From NCBI GenBank assembly GCA_010093815.1, contig ML996578.1: 64,000 nt of DNA. One strand, 5' to 3'. Numbering within the stretch: the first letter of the stretch is position 1; each line of letters begins with the position of its first letter. The translations under genes and the position numbers were made by a program. Below are positions 58,073-64,000 of the stretch, piece by piece. Origin of the DNA: Pseudovirgaria hyperparasitica (taxonomy: Eukaryota). The notes beneath the pieces were generated by a model, which made no database searches, was not told the DNA's origin, and worked only from the letters and a program-made list of their open reading frames with translations.

Positions 58073-59722
58073 ATGCAGCCCTTTTCACCTCCTCGACAGT
58101 TGCGTTCAACACCTCCTCGACCCCAGCTAGAGACGCTCGAGCACGAACTTGCAACACTCCCAAGCAATATGTCTACTCGCCGCTCATCGTCAACCCGTTC
58201 CTCGAACTTCTCCCCTCCTCCGCCTGTCACGGCAAGTATTTATAGACCCTCTGCATCCATCAGGATAGATAGCAATACCCAAATCCACCGAGAGCCAGAC
58301 AATGTGCTTGCACTTCGGAGACAAGAGAAGGCGTTGGAGGACGAGCTCCAGGAGCTACTAGACGCACAGTCAGAAGGCCTCTTCAAAGTCCTGGGCGGTG
58401 GCACGGCCGAGGAAGATGCGTCTTCGACAGGCACAAGCACTCCGACACTAGCAAGCGGCCTGAGAGGAAGAGACATGTCTCCAGCGGAGCGGTACAAACC
58501 TAAGAAGAAGAAGCCAGGCTTAGCAGGTGCACGTAGAGGGATATACAAGTCTATACAACGTCTGGCAGCGGTCAAGACTGAAGAGGCCTCCTTGGTCGCG
58601 AACGACTTGCGAGTGAACGAGAGTGTGCTCGAGCGCATCGGCACCTGGGAGCTGAAACGCGAGCGGCTCAGCCAAAAGACCAATAGAATAGAACACGCCA
58701 GCTCAGGCCAGAGAGCACAAGACATCCAGCACGAGGCCCAGCGTCTCGAGGCCGAGATCCAAGAACTCGAAGAGAAGCTTCGGGACATGCGAGCACGACA
58801 CCGCCAGCTGCTCGACGACGCCGCAGCGACTGAAAACGCCGTACAGTCAAAACTGTCGTCTTACAAGGCCGCCTTGTCCATGCTCGAATCAGATATAGAT
58901 TCCTTCCTCAAGCGTCCCCCGCTACTCAAGTCCACCAGCAGTGCCTCGCGCGAATCGACATTCCTCAAACTCCCCTCAAACAGACGCACGCTAGGCCTGG
59001 CGCGCGATCACTGGAACGAAGAGCACGCCTCGCTGGAAGCAAAGTCGCAGCAAATCACCTCTGTCCACGAAACCCTCTCCGAAGGCGCCGCGGTCTGGAA
59101 AGACGTCATCTCGCTCGTCGACAACTTCGAGTCTGACCTGGCCGCCTGGCTACAACACGCATCATCATCACCTCCTACACCAGTCACAAGTAAAGGCAAA
59201 GGCAGAGCCAACGACGACGTCGATGAAACCTCCGCTAGCAGGTCTGATATCGTGCACAGAATGGACGAGGTCACCGACCAGCTTGAGTACTGGGTCGCGC
59301 TCGCAGAGAGCAAGAACTGGAAGCTGCTGGTCTGCTGTATTGGCGCTGAGCTCGAGGCGTTCAAGCAGGCCATGAGCGTGTTGCGCGAGTCCATCCTGGG
59401 TGTCCAAGATGGTGCTGACGAGCCTGCGTCTGCCGCCGACACTCATGATAGTAAGAATAGTCATATCATTAATAACTCTCCGCATTTGCTCGACTCGCCA
59501 GAGCTGGAGTCGTCGAAACCGTTTGAAGAAGAAGAGGGAGATGCAAGGGAAGTCTCGCACAGCCACTACAGTCACAGCCAAACTCCTAATCATAATCCCA
59601 CCCTCTTCGATGCAGAAGATGAGCCGGATCCAGACTTGATGCTTGAGAAAAAGGATAGCACAGAGTCTGACTCTGAGCATCATCATCATCATCATTCGGG
59701 CAGTGTCTGGCACACCATGTGA
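58073..59722 (+). CDS. ATG28: Coiled-coil protein resembling autophagy-related Atg28
   Basis: LQELLDAQSEGL, long coiled coil, WKLLVCCIGAELEAF segment recalled from filamentous-fungal Atg28-like proteins; not verified by search. Confidence 0.6.
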   Translation: MQPFSPPRQLRSTPPRPQLETLEHELATLPSNMSTRRSSSTRSSNFSPPPPVTASIYRPSASIRIDSNTQIHREPDNVLALRRQEKALEDELQELLDAQSEGLFKVLGGGTAEEDASSTGTSTPTLASGLRGRDMSPAERYKPKKKKPGLAGARRGIYKSIQRLAAVKTEEASLVANDLRVNESVLERIGTWELKRERLSQKTNRIEHASSGQRAQDIQHEAQRLEAEIQELEEKLRDMRARHRQLLDDAAATENAVQSKLSSYKAALSMLESDIDSFLKRPPLLKSTSSASRESTFLKLPSNRRTLGLARDHWNEEHASLEAKSQQITSVHETLSEGAAVWKDVISLVDNFESDLAAWLQHASSSPPTPVTSKGKGRANDDVDETSASRSDIVHRMDEVTDQLEYWVALAESKNWKLLVCCIGAELEAFKQAMSVLRESILGVQDGADEPASAADTHDSKNSHIINNSPHLLDSPELESSKPFEEEEGDAREVSHSHYSHSQTPNHNPTLFDAEDEPDPDLMLEKKDSTESDSEHHHHHHSGSVWHTM

Positions 59723-60637
59723 GACTGGCCCCCTCCCCCTTTTTTTCTTTCATCGGCATAGCGTTCGACCAAATTGTGCCTGTGTGTATGTCTGGGATGG
59801 AGTTCTGGGCTGGTGTTGGACTTTGAGCTTACTTCCTGGATAGGAATACGTACATATAGAATATAATATTTCAGAGCAAGAGTATTTTCTGTGCAGTACT
59901 ACCTAGCTTTGCCCGCTGAATATCATCGCATCCCAAGCCATCCCAACAGAGTCTCCATATCGCTAACAATACCATTATTTGCGCCGGCGCCCTTTTTCCC
60001 GTTTTGCACGGGCGGGGCTCTACTTCTTCACCTCCTCACTTGATCCTTCCTATGCATACATACATACATACACGCTGAGGTTTGTTTGTTTGTTTGTTCG
60101 ACTGTCTGTCTGTTTACCTTGTGACCGATGGCTTTGCTCTACTGTGCTCCACTGTGCTCTACTGCGCTGCGCTGCGCTGTGTGCTATGTGCTGTGCTATG
60201 TGTACGGTAATCAAGACTTCCTTGCCCCCCGTGACCTTTTTGTGCCCATCTACCCATCCATCCATCCACCCGACCACCCATCCACCCATCCACCCATCCA
60301 AGCATCTACCCATCCACCCGACCACCTTCCCATTCCCCCCCAAAAAAACTCTTGCCCAAAACCAGAAATGCGCATACAAGACAAGAGAACTGCACATCGT
60401 ACTACCCTGTTCTTCAATCTCGGCATGCAGTATCAGCATTTCAGCATCTCAGCATCTCAGCATGCAGCATCAGCATCAGCATAACAATCATCCGAATATC
60501 TGAAATCAATTCATTCTCTTTCCCCTCACGAACAGTCCCCCCCCCAAAAAAAAAAAATCATGCATGCATTCAACGCACCCACCCACGCACTCTCATCTAT
60601 CCATCCATCCATCCATCCATCAAGTCAAAAAAAAAAT

Positions 60638-63069
60638 CTATATCTTAACCCCCCAGATCCCGCGCCCGCCTCCAACACCAAGCCACTCCCCACCCTGCCC
60701 AGTCAACGCACTACTCGGCGCCCAACTCAGATTGCCTACTTCGTAGTCACATCTCCAACTCGCATAAGGGCCCTTTTGACTCGGAGTCTGTTGCTGGCCG
60801 GCCTGAGTAGTCTGACTGGCGTGATGCTGCTGCTGTGTCTGCGGATGTTGTTGTTGCGTCTGTGTTTGCTGCTGTTGTTGCTGTTGTTGCTGTTGGGGAG
60901 CGCCCATCATGGGCCCGCCCCCGGGCGCGGCGCCGCCGTTCAAGGAGGCGCTGTTCTCGTTGTTCATGAGGTCCCAGATGAGGACTAGGCTGTCGTCTGC
61001 GCCGGAGGCGAGGAGGCCGCGGCGGGTGGGCGACCATTCGATGCTGTTTAGGGGGGCGGAGTGGCCTTTGAGTTCGAGGAAGGCTTGGCCTGGTTGGCGG
61101 ATGTCGAGGATGCGGATGAGGTTTGAGTCGGCTGCGAAGGTGGCGAGGAGGTGTGATTCGTGGGGGGATGCTGGAGGGGGGGAGGTGGTTAGTGTTTTGG
61201 AATGACAGTTGTTAGGGAAGGGAGGGAGAAGAAGGGGTACGGACCTGCTAGGCGGAGGAGAGGGGGCGCGTAGGACATTGTTTGCTGGGCTTTGGTTGGA
61301 GACATGCGACCGGCCGGAGAGCCTTTCCCGTCTTTGTCGGCGGTCTTGTCGGAGGGCTCGTAGATGATTGTGCTGTGTTCGAGACTGCGCAGATCGAACA
61401 TTCGCACGCTGCCATCTGCACCGCAGCTGACGAAGACATCGGTGCTCTGGGCACAGAATCGTACGTCAAACACCTCTTTGTCGTGGGCGATGAGTTGCGT
61501 CTTTGCAGTCAGGGTGGGTATGTCCCATATCGTGCACGTGGTGTCAATGCTGGAGGTGATGATGAGCTTTGGCGACAAGACGTTCCAGTCGAGTGAGGTC
61601 AGAGGAGCGGTGTGTTCGGGAGATTTTGAATTCGAGAGAAGGGCTAGGGGCGTGAGCTTTTGGACTGGTGGGTCGCGTTGATTCACCGCTGATGATCGAG
61701 TGATGGTATTGCTTATGGGAGAGGCGACGTTTTGTGGCAACGACCAAAGTCGAAGATGGTCACCAGATGTGGCAAGGAGGTCTGTCGATTGTTTTTGGGA
61801 AGACGGTGGTTCCCACAGGACACGAGTGACTGGGTACGAGCACGTTGCTTCTGCGACCTTGGTGTACTCGATACCGTAACCTGATCCTCCATGAGGGGCG
61901 TTGTCTTGCGGTACTATTTGGGTGTCCAAGATTTGAATCTGAGTTTGTTAGCACCTTCGATGCTACCCTCCTTGGAGTCTGCTTACGAAGTTATGAGGAT
62001 CCTCAAGATAACTCCCAACCGCCATCTTCCCGGCACTGTCGCCATTACGTATAGGCCACTTACACCAATCGAACGCATATACGCCCCATGGCGCGAGATA
62101 GCTGCTGTTTGAGGGGGTTTGATCCGAAGACAGTGCTGCTGCAGGTCCTACGGTATCTTCCAGGCTAGACCCTGCCCTGGGTCTAATATCTGCCAACCCT
62201 AGCGGGGACTGTGATAGTGCACCAGATGGCGTTTGCGGGTAGTATCTCGACGGAGTGGATGCCAATTTCGCGTTCTCGGGCGTGTTCGAGAAAGGTATGT
62301 ACTTCTGTTCGAGGCCGGCAGGACTCGATCTGGAATATGTATGAGACGAACTCCCTCCTCCACCACCACCACCGGCACCACCACTCTGGTTTATGGTGTT
62401 CGAGCGAGTAGGCAGTGTGTATTGCTGTGCATTCGTTTGTACTTGCGGCATTGTTGGGACAGTCGTGGGCGCGGTGTATGCGGAGGAAGGGCCTGGTCTT
62501 TGATTTCCACCTGCTGGCTGGAGACTACCTGGAACGCCACCTGGAGAAGGTTGGCTCGGGACGTACTGATTGCCCTGAGGCGTGGCTTGCTGTAGGCTGA
62601 TATTCGGAGCCCCGCCAGCAAACTGCTGCGGTGAGTCGAATGCCTGACCGTGTTGTTGAGGCGTGTGTAGACCTTGCTGTGCCGAGTGATGCTGACCCAT
62701 TGAGCCCGGGCCGGTGGAGATGTGCAGTTCCTCTCCTCCTCTTCCAATAGTATTTGTCCGCCGTGGAGTCTCGAAGGGTTGCGGATTGTTCGCAGGGGCA
62801 GAAGCGCTTGGGCCGGGCACCTGTGACGAGCCCAGCGCAGGCGTCGAGCCGCCGCTGAATGGACCAAGACCTGGAGCGTTCCCACTGCTTGGAAGAAGGG
62901 AGTCTGTACCAGCAGCAGTCTGGCCTGAGGTTGCGCTTCTGAGATTTCCGGTTGGTGCGCCTATCGAGCCCAGCGCTCGGGCTGCTTGATAGATCCCCGC
63001 GGCGGGCGTGTTGCTTGAGGGGCCATGCTGCTGCTGCTGCTGTTGCTGCTGATGGTGGTGGAACGGCAT
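60638..63069 (-). CDS. DCAF7: WD40 scaffold DCAF7/WDR68/AN11 (YPL247C-like) with Q/G/P-rich N-terminus; exons 63069-61987, 61938-61245, 61170-60638
   Basis: YPVTRVLWEP, DLLATSGDHLRLW, APLTSLDWN, SSIDTTCTIWDI, KTQLIAHDKEVFDV, DGSVRMFDLRSLEHSTIIYE. Confidence 0.92.
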
Positions 63070-63435
63070 GATGGCCGGACGAGGGCCGATGGCGAGTCCA
63101 GCGTAGGGGACTATGAATATCGCTAGAGGGAGAGAGGCTGGTGCTGTGAAGGATTGTGAACACTCAAAAGTGCCAGGGTGACTTCGCGCTGGTCATTCGA
63201 CGATACCTTACCGCCCGCATCGAGCTTGAACGGAGGTGACTAAGCGAAAGCTCACTTTCCACCCACCCACTCTCACTCCACCCTGAAAGTTCTCCGAGTC
63301 GAGCTTCGCCATAACCGCGTCCGGTGCGGGGGGATTCCAAATGGGAGAAGCAATCATGCCGACATCATCCACTGAACATATAACTCCAAATATCATCCGG
63401 CTCTGCGATCGCTTGTGAATATATATATATCAAAG

Positions 63436-64000
63436 ATGCCGCCCATCAAACCTCAGTCGTCATTGGTTCTCTTACCGCCGGCGCCAAGCTCCCCGACATA
63501 TGAGAACCTGAAGGCCGCTTACAACACGACATTACTCACTATTCTACGTGATGCATCTCTCAAACTTGATGGCACGGGCGGTGGAGCTGTGTTGGAGATA
63601 GCCCTGCCTTGTCCTCATTTGTATGGTCAAGAAGACGCGCCTCGCAGCACCCTGTACGAACCTACACAACGACTGCTCGCAAATCTGTATAAGCTGATCT
63701 GCGTCGTCTGCGCGAGGGGCTCAATCAACATAGAAGATGTAGATGGCGTCGACGTACGCTTGATTCTCGTAGCTTACCCCCGCAATGGCAAGCTACACCA
63801 TGCACAGTCAGGATCGCCCGAGGCAGACGCGGAGGGTCCAGTTGTCACTATTCAGACTTTAGCACGCAGTGGTCGGGTATGGAACATGGTATACGCCGTA
63901 GAGACTGAAGCAGGCGAGCAGATCCTACGGCATTTCACCACATTTCATCGCTCAGTGGCCCAGGTCACAAAAGTACGAGGAGGAATTGTGCAAGTGCTTC
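63436..64000 (+). CDS. Probable pantetheine-phosphate adenylyltransferase (Cab4-like), N-terminal part, 3' truncated
   Basis: Open frame from ATG 63436 to the window end: MPPIKPQSSLVLLPPAP..LKAAY..LEIALPCPHL..LLANLYKLICVV..GVDVRLIL. This resembles the N-terminal extension of filamentous-fungal PPATs; the catalytic HxGH is not in the window. Confidence 0.55.
   Translation, partial: MPPIKPQSSLVLLPPAPSSPTYENLKAAYNTTLLTILRDASLKLDGTGGGAVLEIALPCPHLYGQEDAPRSTLYEPTQRLLANLYKLICVVCARGSINIEDVDGVDVRLILVAYPRNGKLHHAQSGSPEADAEGPVVTIQTLARSGRVWNMVYAVETEAGEQILRHFTTFHRSVAQVTKVRGGIVQVL

Overview
Gene-dense, intron-containing eukaryotic DNA from a filamentous ascomycete. GT-AG introns with CTRAC branch sites and an AT-rich, TpA-rich patch typical of RIP support this; a Dothideomycete-like origin is inference only. 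I can support 22 protein-coding genes (two truncated at the window edges) and one intron-containing tRNA-Asp(GTC). There is also a RIP-like relic, several micro/minisatellites and one assembly gap. Most genes are housekeeping: Y14/RBM8A, CAC2, FAT1, a PAP2 phosphatase, RPC34, PHO8, SRK1, XLF and DCAF7. The most striking observation is one reading frame fusing homoserine kinase (THR1) to an intact AIR synthetase (PurM/Ade7 domain) with no GARS domain, linking threonine and purine synthesis. Other notable items: an alpha/beta-hydrolase fused to a DUSP11/capping-enzyme-type cysteine phosphatase whose P-loop is split by a stop-free in-frame intron; a candidate NMD-triggering 3'UTR intron in the Y14 gene; a dual-cNMP/F-box/LRR protein; a presequence-less ILV3 paralogue; a 51-nt cassette-type exon in SRK1; and about ten C-rich to G-rich skew flips that do not depend on gene orientation. 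Exon boundaries were read by eye and no database search was run.
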